Below the pieces are notes generated by a model, which was given only the letters and a program-made list of their open reading frames with translations, had not been told where the DNA came from and searched no databases. Of a stretch of 57,869 bases of DNA, positions 19,061 to 29,200 are shown piece by piece. How positions within the stretch are numbered: the stretch's first letter is position 1; each line of letters begins with the position of its first letter. The stretch lies in assembly GCA_040753215.1 (NCBI GenBank), contig JBFMEZ010000003.1, positions 1-57,869 of the forward strand. Direction: 5' to 3'. This DNA is from Candidatus Micrarchaeota archaeon (GTDB taxonomy: Archaea > Micrarchaeota > Micrarchaeia > Anstonellales > Bilamarchaeaceae). A program made the translations under genes and the position numbers.

Positions 19061-19797
19061 TGATTGGAGCGAGGAAAAGGGGGATATATGTGAATAACGA
19101 AGAAGGATTCAGTGCGGTTTGCAGGCAGCTGTTCGGTGAGGGAAATCTCTCCCTGGATGAAGGGGCGGAGCTCTTCTCTTATGGGATAGAGATTCCAGCG
19201 AAGAGGATAACAATTGAGGGCGGCTCAACCCACACAAACTACGGGGGCGAGAAGTATGTGAACAAGAAGGAGGTGGAGAAGCTCACCGAAGATGGCCACA
19301 TCTTTCCGGAAGAGAAGATAGAATCCATTGAGGACATACGCCGCCTCTACTCCAATCTGCGCTCCTTCCTCGGCGACAAGGCCATAGACGCCCAGAACAT
19401 GGAGAAATCCGACAATGTTCTCGCGAGTTCGGACGTTTACATGAGCACGAACATAATAGAGTGCAAGAACGTGGGGTTCTCCTACTCGCTCTTCAGGTGC
19501 GAGTACGTGTACGGCTCCAAGAACCTGGACTCCTGCTCCTTCTCGCTCCGGTGCCAGGACAGCAGGCTGCTGAACAACTGCTTCGAGGTGAGCTGGAGCG
19601 CCAAATGCACGGACTCGATGTTCTGCCACAACTCCTTCGATTTGAGGGACTGCCTGTTCTGCTTCCACCTCGCCTCCAAGCAGTACTGCATAGCGAACAG
19701 GCAGTATTCCAGGGAGGAGTACTTCCGCATAAAGGGGATTCTCCTTGAGCACCTGAAGAAGAACGGATACAGGGCGGATTTCTTCCCGCAGCTCTGA
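19057..19797 (+). CDS. Cys/Ser-rich beta-repeat hypothetical protein
   Basis: Repeated C..C.F/Y..S units and QYCIANRQYSREEYF tail; ATGA-coupled to the ATPase. Confidence 0.7.
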   Translation: MMIGARKRGIYVNNEEGFSAVCRQLFGEGNLSLDEGAELFSYGIEIPAKRITIEGGSTHTNYGGEKYVNKKEVEKLTEDGHIFPEEKIESIEDIRRLYSNLRSFLGDKAIDAQNMEKSDNVLASSDVYMSTNIIECKNVGFSYSLFRCEYVYGSKNLDSCSFSLRCQDSRLLNNCFEVSWSAKCTDSMFCHNSFDLRDCLFCFHLASKQYCIANRQYSREEYFRIKGILLEHLKKNGYRADFFPQL

Positions 19798-19834
19798 GAT
19801 AACTATAAAAAAACTTTGAATGGATTTTTTCCTC

Positions 19835-20860
19835 ATGCCAACCAGGGATGAATATTTGGACAGGGAAATAAAGCACATAGACATCAAGAAGCACAACACA
19901 GTGCAGCTGATAGAAGACTATTCGCACATGGCATTCCAGGCGAGGAACCTCGCACGTGCCGCGCATATTTATGATAAGATGCTGGCGGATGAGAAGTGCT
20001 CGGTCATCCTATGCCTTGCCGGTTCTTTGTTTAGCGCCGGCCTGAAGGATGTGGTCGTGGACATGGTGCGCAACAACATGGTGGACGCAATAGTCTCCAC
20101 GGGCGCGATAATGGTGGACCAGGATTTCTTCGAGGGGCTTGGCTTCAGGCATTACATGGGAACGCCCATGGTGGATGATGAGGATTTGCGCCAGAAGCAC
20201 ATAGACCGCATATACGATACTTACATAGATGAGGATGACCTTCGCGAGTGCGACATGACAGTTGCGAAAATAGCGGATGCGCTCCCGCCGAAGCCCCACT
20301 CCTCAAGGGAAATCCTCCGCGAGATGGGCAAATACCTGAAGGAGCACGGAAAAAACAGGCAGTCCGTAGTGCTTGCATCCTATGAGATGGGCGTCCCAAT
20401 ATTCGTGCCCGCCTTCTCGGACTGCAGCGCTGGCTTCGGGTTCGTGCACCACCAGTGGAACCACCCCAAGCAGCATGCGTCCATTGATTCGGCGAAGGAC
20501 TTCCTAGAGCTTACAAAGATAAAATTGGCTGCAGGGGAGACCGGGATATTTATGGTTGGCGGCGGAGTCCCGAAGAACTTTACGCAGGACATAGTGGTTG
20601 CCGCGGAAGTGCTCGGGAAGGACGTTTCCATGCACAAGTACGCTGTGCAGATTACGGTCGCTGACGAAAGGGACGGCGCCCTCTCCGGCTCCACCCTGAA
20701 AGAAGCGCATTCCTGGGGAAAGGTGGACGAGGGGAACGAGCAGATGGTTTTTGCAGAAGCGACCATGGCGATGCCCCTCATAGTCGGGTACGCCTACCAC
20801 AAGGGAAGCTGGAAGAAGAGGAAGCCGAAGAACTACGGGCCGATGCTGGACAAGGGTTAA
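19835..20860 (+). CDS. dys: Deoxyhypusine synthase family protein
   Basis: FQARNL, IVSTGA, DRIYD, PAFSDCSAG, GGGVPKNF, DGALSGSTLKEA.SWGKV. Confidence 0.9.
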   Translation: MPTRDEYLDREIKHIDIKKHNTVQLIEDYSHMAFQARNLARAAHIYDKMLADEKCSVILCLAGSLFSAGLKDVVVDMVRNNMVDAIVSTGAIMVDQDFFEGLGFRHYMGTPMVDDEDLRQKHIDRIYDTYIDEDDLRECDMTVAKIADALPPKPHSSREILREMGKYLKEHGKNRQSVVLASYEMGVPIFVPAFSDCSAGFGFVHHQWNHPKQHASIDSAKDFLELTKIKLAAGETGIFMVGGGVPKNFTQDIVVAAEVLGKDVSMHKYAVQITVADERDGALSGSTLKEAHSWGKVDEGNEQMVFAEATMAMPLIVGYAYHKGSWKKRKPKNYGPMLDKG

Positions 20861-20864
20861 TCTA

Positions 20865-21119
20865 ATGGAGTACATAGACATACTTGGGTATGTTGCAGGC
20901 CTGTTGGTCGTAATTTCATTAGTGCCACAGGTGATAAAGAGCTGGAAGACCAAGTCAACGAAGGACATTTCCCTTTGGCGATACATCATTTATGTTACTG
21001 GCCTGATATTGTGGATTGCTTACGCGGTCATCATCCAGAATGGCCCGGTAGCACTGATGAATGGAGTGGGGTTAGTTCTTGCGCTTTCGGTTCTTTACCT
21101 TAAATTGAAGTACGGGTAG
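20865..21119 (+). CDS. SemiSWEET / PQ-loop transporter
   Basis: LVPQVIKSWKTKSTKDIS, three TM helices, KLKYG end. Confidence 0.9.
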   Translation: MEYIDILGYVAGLLVVISLVPQVIKSWKTKSTKDISLWRYIIYVTGLILWIAYAVIIQNGPVALMNGVGLVLALSVLYLKLKYG

Positions 21120-21171
21120 GAAAGTCGGCATATTTTAATACTGCATAATCCAAACCTAATCAGGTGTTCTC

Positions 21172-22725
21172 ATGCGTTATGTCTGCGACACAAGCGTAAT
21201 AGTTGACGGAAGAATCCTCGAGCTGGTGGAGAAGGGCGAGGTGAAAGGCGAGCTTTTCGTGCACGAGGCATCCATCGCCGAGATGGAGAACCAGGCGAAC
21301 CTGAAAAAGGAGACGGGATACGCTGGATTCGCGGTGATGAGGAAGCTCAGGGAGTACGAGGCCGCGCACAAGATAGTGGTCACGATAAAGGGGAACCGCC
21401 CCACGATTGCAGAGATAAGGGGCGCGAAGAAGGCCGGGCAGATAGATTTCCTGGTGAGGCAGCTCGCGAAGGAGACGGGCTCGGTCCTGATAACCGGGGA
21501 CACCGTGCAGCACGTTGCCGCGGAGGCGGAAGGGATAAAGACGATCTACCTCCGCGCGAGGGAGGAGAAGGGAAGGCTGGGTTTTGAGAAATATTTCGAT
21601 GCGCAGACCATGTCCGTGCACCTGAAGGAGGGGTGCAGGCCCGTGCTCAAGAAGGGAGGGCCGGCTCGGGTGGAGATAAGCGAGGCCCCGGAAACAATAA
21701 CCGAGGAGCAGATAAGGAAGATGAGCGAGGAGATTGTGGAGGCGGCGGAGAGGAACATCTCCTATTATTTTGAAATAGACCGGGAAGGCGCGACCGTAAT
21801 CCAGATGGCGGATTACAGGATAGTCATCGCGAAACCTCCGTTCTCGGACGGGTTTGAGATTACAATAGTCCGCCCCATAAAGAAGAATACCCTGCAGGAT
21901 TACGAGATAAGCGAGAAGCTCATGCAGAGGATCAGCCAGCACGCGGAGGGGATAATCGTGTGCGGGCCGCCCGGCTCCGGAAAATCCACGTTCGCGGCCG
22001 CGCTCGCGGAGTATTACCATTCGAAAAATTATGTGGTCAAGACGATGGAGTCGCCAAGGGACATGCGCGTGATTCCGGAAATAACGCAATACACCGCGCT
22101 GGAAGGGGATTTCGACTACACAAAGGACATACTCCTGCTCGTGCGCCCGGACTACACGTTCTATGACGAGATGAGGAAGAGCAAGGACTTCGGCATCTAT
22201 ACCGATATGAGATTGACGGGCATCGGGCTGGTAGGCGTGGTGCACGGGCGCAAGGCAATTGATGCGATCCAGAGGTTCATCGGGAAGGTGGACCTGGGCG
22301 TTATCCCGCAGGTCGTGGACACGGTGATAATGATTGACGGCGGGCAGATCACGCAGGTGTATGAGCTTTCGCATACAGTGAAGGTGCCGGCGGGGATGAG
22401 GGAGGCGGACCTCGCCCGCCCGGTAATAGAAGTGAGGGACTTCGAGACCGGCGAGCCGGAATATGAGATTTACAAGTTCGGGGAGGAAACGGTTGTGCTT
22501 CCGCTCGCGGAGGAAGGCGGCAGGGGGAGAAGGGAGAGGAAGGGCGGCTCCCTTGAGAGGGCGCTGGAGCGCATAATGCAGCAGGAATTCCGCGTGGAAA
22601 AGGTGCAGGGAGGTTTCGTAGTCTATGCGAAGCCCAATGATATTACATATCTTTTCAAGCAGGGAAGGAAGAAGTTCAGGAAGCTGGAGAAGAGGTACGG
22701 GCAGATTGAGGTGCGGGAGCTTTGA
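21172..22725 (+). CDS. PINA-type PIN-domain VirB11-like ATPase with KH domain
   Basis: DTSVIVDG PIN start, IVIAKPPFSD, GPPGSGKSTF, MESPRD, RPDYT.YDEMR, GVVH. Confidence 0.92.
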   Translation: MRYVCDTSVIVDGRILELVEKGEVKGELFVHEASIAEMENQANLKKETGYAGFAVMRKLREYEAAHKIVVTIKGNRPTIAEIRGAKKAGQIDFLVRQLAKETGSVLITGDTVQHVAAEAEGIKTIYLRAREEKGRLGFEKYFDAQTMSVHLKEGCRPVLKKGGPARVEISEAPETITEEQIRKMSEEIVEAAERNISYYFEIDREGATVIQMADYRIVIAKPPFSDGFEITIVRPIKKNTLQDYEISEKLMQRISQHAEGIIVCGPPGSGKSTFAAALAEYYHSKNYVVKTMESPRDMRVIPEITQYTALEGDFDYTKDILLLVRPDYTFYDEMRKSKDFGIYTDMRLTGIGLVGVVHGRKAIDAIQRFIGKVDLGVIPQVVDTVIMIDGGQITQVYELSHTVKVPAGMREADLARPVIEVRDFETGEPEYEIYKFGEETVVLPLAEEGGRGRRERKGGSLERALERIMQQEFRVEKVQGGFVVYAKPNDITYLFKQGRKKFRKLEKRYGQIEVREL

Positions 22726-23309
22726 AGAGAATATTATCGCTGGAAAAAGAATACCCGCTGGCGCTTGAGAGCGCGACAAAGGCGATGCTGGGGGGGAAGG
22801 TCTTCATTTACCCCACGGATACGGTCTACGGGATTGGCGGGAATGCGCTGGATGAAGAGGTCTGCGGGCGGATAAGGGAGATAAAGAAGAGGGACACAAA
22901 GCCCTTCTCGATAATAGTCTCGGATTTCTCGATGCTCAGGAAATACTGCGAGGTTCCGGAGGACAAGGTCAGGTACCTTTTCCAGTGCCTGCCGGGGCCG
23001 TACACGTTCCTTCTGCGCAAGAAGGAGGGCATCCCGGCCTGCCCCGGCGAAAAGATAGGCGTGCGGGTCCCCATGCATTCCTTCATCAGGAAGGTGGCCG
23101 GGAATTCCGGGCTCCCGATAATCGGGACCAGCGCGAACATCTCGGGAAAGGCGCCCGTCTTCTCCTTCAAAAAAATCAGCAGGGCGCTCCTGAAGGAGGT
23201 GGACCTTGCGATAGACGGCGGGGAAACTTATTACAAAAAGGAATCCACGATAGTTGACCTGGTTGACATGGAGATAAGGAGGATGGGCGCCGGCGAATTC
23301 TTATTCTAG
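22722..23309 (+). CDS. sua5: Threonylcarbamoyl-AMP synthase (YrdC/TsaC)
   Basis: YPTDTVYGIG, KKR..KP, PGPYT, GVRVP, TSANISG, STIVD. Confidence 0.93.
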   Translation: MKRILSLEKEYPLALESATKAMLGGKVFIYPTDTVYGIGGNALDEEVCGRIREIKKRDTKPFSIIVSDFSMLRKYCEVPEDKVRYLFQCLPGPYTFLLRKKEGIPACPGEKIGVRVPMHSFIRKVAGNSGLPIIGTSANISGKAPVFSFKKISRALLKEVDLAIDGGETYYKKESTIVDLVDMEIRRMGAGEFLF

Positions 23310-23362
23310 CTACGAACGCGCGCGAAAGAAAGGTATTTAAGTCCTCCTCGTGAAAATAAAGC

Positions 23363-23707
23363 ATGGCAACCCCCGCCCAAAAGCAGGCACAAAGGGACCT
23401 GCAGCTCCTGGTACCAAAGCTCACCGACCAGGAGCTGGCAAGGATTGCGAGAAGGGAAGAGGCGGAGGTCAGGACGGAAGAAGCGCAGCTTGCAGGGAAA
23501 TTCAGCGAGATACTGGACCTCGCGCGGAAACACAACGGCTCCGTGCCGGACATAAACACAGATAAATTCTCCGTTAGCAGGGCGGGGAATGTGGTGGTGC
23601 TCCAGACCACCGACCGCAGGACGGGGGAAGAGGTGCTGGTGACATTCAACTACAGTGCCGGGACGGTTTCTGCATACTCGCGGGCGGGCAAATTCACGGT
23701 GGGGTAA
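23363..23707 (+). CDS. Hypothetical protein
   Basis: 114-aa ORF with TATA-like TTTAA upstream and host-like codon usage. Confidence 0.6.
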   Translation: MATPAQKQAQRDLQLLVPKLTDQELARIARREEAEVRTEEAQLAGKFSEILDLARKHNGSVPDINTDKFSVSRAGNVVVLQTTDRRTGEEVLVTFNYSAGTVSAYSRAGKFTVG

Positions 23708-23709
23708 CT

Positions 23710-24099
23710 ATGGTTGCGCCGGCGGCAAGGGAAAAAAGGGAGGAGGAATTCGCAAAGCTCATCCCGGTCGTTATCCCCACGTTCAGCGATGCCATGCGCG
23801 CAGCCTACTGGACGATGGACAATGCGGGCAGGATGTTTGCCGAGCATGTGGAAGCAAAGGATTCCAGGATACTGCAGCTCCTCAGCAGGCCCGAGAATTT
23901 TGAGGACTCCTCGGTGAGGTACCAGAGGATGGAGGGCGGGGCGGTATACAGCATGGAGGTCACTTTCAACAGACAGAGACTGATACTCACGCTGCGCGTG
24001 GGAGAGGATTTCACGGAATTCATGCTCACGGACAGGAATGGAAAAGAGATAGAATATATGGCGGAGAACAAAGGGGAGTTGTTCCACCGCAGGGCCTAG
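23710..24099 (+). CDS. Hypothetical protein
   Basis: 129-aa ORF starting 2 nt after the previous stop. Confidence 0.6.
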   Translation: MVAPAAREKREEEFAKLIPVVIPTFSDAMRAAYWTMDNAGRMFAEHVEAKDSRILQLLSRPENFEDSSVRYQRMEGGAVYSMEVTFNRQRLILTLRVGEDFTEFMLTDRNGKEIEYMAENKGELFHRRA

Positions 24100-24809
24100 T
24101 CCGCTTTCCACTGCCCCCATTCCGGCTTTTTCTTTTCTCCTTTCTCCTGCTTTTCTTCTTCCTGCGGTCCGCCCTTCTCCTTCCTAACGACGGGTGCCGC
24201 CTCCCTTCCGGCTTTCTTTTCATCCTTCTCCTCTTTCCCTGCCGGCGCTGCTCCGGCCTCCTTTCCCTTTGCCGGGGCAATCCCGCCTTTCTTCTTTATA
24301 GTGATGATTCTCACAACGGAAACCTCTTCTCCCGCTTCTTCCCCGGCCGCTTTCCCAAGGAAGAACTCCCTTATCCTCCTGAGCCAGCCCTTCCTCTTTT
24401 TCCTTTCGCGGGTGACCTGCACCGGTATTGCGCCTCCGGAAGGGCCGGCGCCCGTATAATCCTCCTCCTTCTCCAGGCAGTACCAGCATAGGTTCCGGTT
24501 GTTGAATTTGTACAGGATGAGCGTTTCCCTCCCGCAGCGGTCGCAGCGGCCTTTCTTTTCGTGAGTTTCTGCTTCCGCGCCCTCCTCTTCCCGCTTTTTC
24601 TTCTCTCCCACTTCCGCCTCTTCGTGCTCCGTCTCCATCCTGCAGTTGGGGCATATCCACTGGCCGCGCCACTGCTGCATCTCGGCTTTGGGTATGTACA
24701 TCCTGCAGCGCCAGCACTGCATGTTCTGCTCCCTGAACTGGCATTCGGGGCAGATGTCGAAGCCCTCACGGCCGCAGACCCTGCAGAGCATGCTGTAACT
24801 GGAAGGCAT
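24096..24809 (-). CDS. Multi-zinc-finger protein with Lys/Glu-rich tail
   Basis: Six CxxC pairs, charged low-complexity C-terminus ending EWGQWKAD. Confidence 0.75.
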   Translation of the reverse strand: MPSSYSMLCRVCGREGFDICPECQFREQNMQCWRCRMYIPKAEMQQWRGQWICPNCRMETEHEEAEVGEKKKREEEGAEAETHEKKGRCDRCGRETLILYKFNNRNLCWYCLEKEEDYTGAGPSGGAIPVQVTRERKKRKGWLRRIREFFLGKAAGEEAGEEVSVVRIITIKKKGGIAPAKGKEAGAAPAGKEEKDEKKAGREAAPVVRKEKGGPQEEEKQEKGEKKKPEWGQWKAD

Positions 24810-24853
24810 ATGATTTTATAGATGCTGCCTGGAGAAAAACCAGGGATGGTTCC

Positions 24854-25039
24854 ATGGCGGAAAAAACAGGCAGGATCCTGAATGGGCTTTTGCTGCTGCT
24901 GGCAGGCCTTTCTTTTCTGGCCTTTGCGCTGGGCTACCTTGACGTGAGGAATGCGCACCTGCTGGTGGGCGCGCTGCTCGCGCTCGTCGGCCTGCACAAG
25001 ATCGGAGACGCATACGGCATCTGCCCGCTCTGCAAGTAA
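24854..25039 (+). CDS. Small two-TM membrane protein
   Basis: Two hydrophobic helices and C-terminal GICPLCK. Confidence 0.6.
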   Translation: MAEKTGRILNGLLLLLAGLSFLAFALGYLDVRNAHLLVGALLALVGLHKIGDAYGICPLCK

Positions 25040-25052
25040 AAATAAAGAGCTA

Positions 25053-25214
25053 ACAGTCAGTGCTCCAGGTTCTCATCAGCGGGCATCCCCCCTTTCTGTA
25101 GTCCAGGAGCCGAAGCTCCGGAAGATGCACCTCGGTATACCAGCCGGACTAGTGACCCGGATGCACCTTTTGCAGGGAGGGAAGCCCTCAGCAAACCTGC
25201 ATATCTTCATCCGT
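25053..25214 (-). ncRNA. Box C/D guide sRNA with 109-nt structured insert between D' and C'
   Basis: C ATGAAGA (25210-25204), 12-nt guide, D' CTGA (25191-25188), insert, C' TGATGA (25078-25073), 12-nt guide, D CTGA (25060-25057); terminal stem ACGG/CTGT; TATA-like box upstream and T-rich tract downstream. Confidence 0.8.
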
Positions 25215-25223
25215 ATCCAATTC

Positions 25224-26279
25224 TCAGAGAACTTTTAAAAACTGGTCGAAAAGGAAGCCCGCGTCATGAGGGCCGGGCGACGCTTCCGGGTGGTACTGTA
25301 CGGAGAATATGGGCTTTGAGACGTGCCTCATGCCCTCCACCGTCCTGTCGTTCAGCTCCACCTGGGTAACTACGAACTCATCCGGCACTTTGTCCACCGC
25401 AAAGCCGTGGTTCTGCGTGGTGATGAGCACTCTTTTCTTCTCCGAATCATATACCGGGTGGTTCGAGCCCCGGTGCCCAAACTTCAGTTTGGATGTATTC
25501 CCCCCAAATGCGTGCGCAATGCACTGGTGGCCCAGGCATATCCCGAAGATGGGAAGGTCCGAAAGCGCACGCACCAGCGAATGCACATTTGAAAGAATTG
25601 CGGGGTCTCCGGGCCCGTTTGATACAACTATTCCGTCCGGCTTGAAGGACCGCACCTGCTCCGGCGATGCATTCCATGGAACCGATATCGCCCCTATGCC
25701 CCTCTTGTTCAGCTCCCTTACGATGCTCCTCTTCACCCCCAAATCCAGCAGCACAACCTTCTTATCCGCCCCATCGGGCACAAACTTCTCCACGCTTTTT
25801 GCAGAAGCCTTCTCCACGAAATTAACCGAAGAATAGTCAAAGGAAACCTCCCCGCCTTTCTCATCACCCTCAAAAACCTCCAGCGAGCACGGAAGCACCC
25901 CGTGCCTCCTTATCCTCTTCACCAGCTCCCGCGTATCCGCTCCGCAAATCCCCGGCACCCCGTATTTCGCAAGGAATGAGTCCAGGTCCCGCACACCTTC
26001 CCTGTGGAAGAATTCCGCGCTCGCCTCCCTCACCACAAAGCCCTCGGCCCAAACCCGCGGACTCTCAAAATCCAAAGAGTTTATCCCGTAATTCCCCACC
26101 AGCGGGTAGCTCATCGTCAGCACCTGCCCCGCATAGCTCGGGTCTGTTAGCGCCTCCTGGTACCCCTGCATGGATGTGTTGAACACCAGCTCCCCCACCC
26201 TGCGCACGGAAGCCCCGAACCCCTCCCCAAAGAATGCGCTCCCGTCCGCGAGCCGCAGCACAGCCCTACGCGTTCCCAT
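25224..26279 (-). CDS. carA: Carbamoyl-phosphate synthase small subunit
   Basis: GELVFNTSMQGYQEALTDPSY, SNGPGDP, GICLGHQ, KFGHRG.NHPV, QYHPE. Confidence 0.97.
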   Translation of the reverse strand: MGTRRAVLRLADGSAFFGEGFGASVRRVGELVFNTSMQGYQEALTDPSYAGQVLTMSYPLVGNYGINSLDFESPRVWAEGFVVREASAEFFHREGVRDLDSFLAKYGVPGICGADTRELVKRIRRHGVLPCSLEVFEGDEKGGEVSFDYSSVNFVEKASAKSVEKFVPDGADKKVVLLDLGVKRSIVRELNKRGIGAISVPWNASPEQVRSFKPDGIVVSNGPGDPAILSNVHSLVRALSDLPIFGICLGHQCIAHAFGGNTSKLKFGHRGSNHPVYDSEKKRVLITTQNHGFAVDKVPDEFVVTQVELNDRTVEGMRHVSKPIFSVQYHPEASPGPHDAGFLFDQFLKVL

Positions 26280-29200
26280 ACTCCCCGAGCCTCCTCGCCT
26301 CCAGCTCCCTGCCGCGCAGCTTCTCAAGCGCATTCGCGAATTCCATCGCCGTCCTTATGTTCGTTATGCACGGAATGCCCTTCTCTATGCTTCTCCTCCT
26401 TATCTTGAACCCGTCGCTGAACGAGTTACCGCTTTTCGTGGGCGTGTTCACCACGAGCTGCACCTCCCCGGATGAAATCAGCTGCAGCACGTCCATCTCC
26501 CCGGCTTCGCATTTTTCCCCTATCCTTTTCGCCACCCTCACATTTGCAGCCCTAGTGAGCGCAACCCCGGTCCCCGGCGTAGCATAAATCTCAAACCCCA
26601 TCCCCGCCAGCTTCCTCGCAATCTCCACCCCGTCTTCCCTGTCCTCCTTCCGGAGCGAAAGGAGCACTGCCCCGCCTTTGGGGAGCGAAATCCCGCTCGC
26701 CTGCAGCGCTTTGAGGTATGCGCTCTCAAAGTCATCGCCCAGCCCCATGGTTTCGCCCGTGCTCTTCATCTCGGGCCCGAGCGAAATATCCGCCCCCGAA
26801 ATTTTAAGGAAAGGAAACACAACCCCCTTTATCGCATAATTCTTCATAGAAGGCTCGGAAGGGCTTATTTTCCCTCCGAGCATCGCCCTCATCGCCATCT
26901 CCACCAGCGGAACGCCCGTGGCCTTGCTCAAAAAGGGGACAGTCCTGCTCGCGCGCGGGTTCGCCTCAAGAATGTACAGCTCCCCTCCCTTCACCGCATA
27001 TTGTATGTTTATGAAGCCCTTCACTCCCAGCGCCCTTGCCAGCGCACGCGTCGTTTCCCTTATCCTCCTGAGCATCTTTTCCGAAAGATTGAGCGAGGGT
27101 ATGGAAATGTTGGCATCCCCGGAGTGCACGCCCGCGAACTCCACATGCTCCATAATGCCCCCGATAAATGTATTCTCAGAATCGGATACCGCATCCACTT
27201 CACACTCGAACGCGCTGTCCAGGTACTTGTCAATCAGCACGGGCCTGTTCTCGCTAACATCCACCGCCCGGCCTATGAATCTCTCCATCTCCTCCGGGGA
27301 GAAAACAATTTGCATCCCCCTTCCCGCAATCACGTAGCTCGGCCGCACCACAACAGGGTACCCAATCTCCCCCGCGGCTTTCAGCGCCCCTTCTTTATCC
27401 GTAGCAGTCGCATTCAGCGGCTGCCTTATCCCCAGCTTTCCGCAGAGCGCCCTGAACTTCTCCCTGTCCTCCGCAACATCTATCCCTTCTATGCCCGTCC
27501 CGAGCACGTTAACTCCGTTCTCCGCAAGCGCAACAGCCAGGTTTATGCTCGTCTGGCCTCCCAGCTGCACGATAACGCCCTCCGGCTTCTCGTTCTCAAC
27601 TATGTTCATCACATCTTCGAATGTGAGCGGCTCAAAGTACAGCCTGTCGCTCGAATCAAAGTCCGTGCTCATGGTTTCCGGATTATTGTTCACCATTATG
27701 GAGCGCAGCCCCATCTTCCGCAATGCCATTGCTGCCTGCGAGCAGCAGTAATCGAATTCTATCCCCTGCCCAATCCGTATGGGCCCGGACCCAATAATCA
27801 ATATCTTCCTTCTAACCAAGCCCGTTTCCAGTTCCCGGTTCTCTGTTTCCGCCGCCTCATTCTCTTCCTCATAAGTAGAATAGAAATACGGAGTGAGCGC
27901 CTCGAACTCCCCTGCGCAGCTGTCCACCATCTTGTAAGTAGGAATTATCCCATGCCCTTTCCTCTTCTCCCGCACCTCCCGCGCCCCCTTCCCGACTAAT
28001 TTCCCAATCTGCGCATCCGAGAAACCCATCCTCTTCGCGTCCCTCACCAGCTCCGCCTTCAATCCTCCTGCCGCAACCTTCTTCTCCATCTCCGTTATCC
28101 TGCGCACCTTTCCCAAAAACCAAGGATTGATTTTCGTCTTCGCCTTTATCTCTTCTATGCCCGCCCCCCTCCTGAACGCCTCCAGAATTGCAAATATCCT
28201 CAGGTCCGTGGGAGGGAAAAGATGCTCTTCCGGCTTCTCTATTTTGGGCTCTTTCAGGTCCAGCCCCCTTATCGCCTTCAACAATGACTCCTCAAACGTC
28301 CTCCCGATGGCCATCGCTTCCCCGGTGCTCTTCATCTGCGTCCCAATCCGCCTGTCCGAGCCCCTGAATTTCTCAAAAGGCCATTTGGGAATCTTCGTAA
28401 CCACATAATCCAGCGCAGGCTCGAACGCCGCAGTCGTATTCGTAATCGGGTTCCTTATCCCATCCAGGGTTTTCCCCAGCGCAATCTTCGCAGCCACCCG
28501 CGCAATCGGGTATCCGGTAGCTTTTGAAGCAAGCGCAGAAGACCTCGAGAGCCTGGGATTCACTTCTATTACTCCGTACTGCCCGGTCTCCTGGTTGAAA
28601 TAGAACTGTACGTTGCATCCTCCTTCAATTTTTAGCGCCCTCACAATCCGCAGGGCCGCATCCCTCAGCACCTGGTGGTCGCGGTCGCTCAAGGTCTGCG
28701 CGGGCGCAACCACTATGCTCTCGCCCGTGTGCACCCCCATGGGGTCGAAGTTCTCCATGTTGCAGATCACTACCGCATTGTCCGCAGAGTCCCGCACCAC
28801 CTCGTACTCGAACTCCCCCCATCCCATTACGCTCTTCTCAATGAGCACCTCCCCGCTCCTGCTCAGAATAAATCCTTTTTCCAGAATGGGCATCAGCTCC
28901 TCCCTGCAAGAGGCAAACCCTCCTCCGGTCCCTCCAAGCGTAAAAGCCGGCCTCGCAACCACCGGGTACCCAATCTTCTCCGCGAATTCCAGCGCTTCTT
29001 CCACCCCTTTGGCGCATAATCCCGGAAGTATCGGCACCCCAATCTCATTCATGAGCGCATTGAATTTCTCCCTGCTCTCCGCCTTTTCTATCGCTTCCAA
29101 TCCGGTTCCAATCAATCTCACGCCGTACTGCTCAAGCACTCCCCACTTGTCCAGCTCAATAGCAAGATTAAGGGCAGTCTGCCCTCCCATCGTAGCCAAA

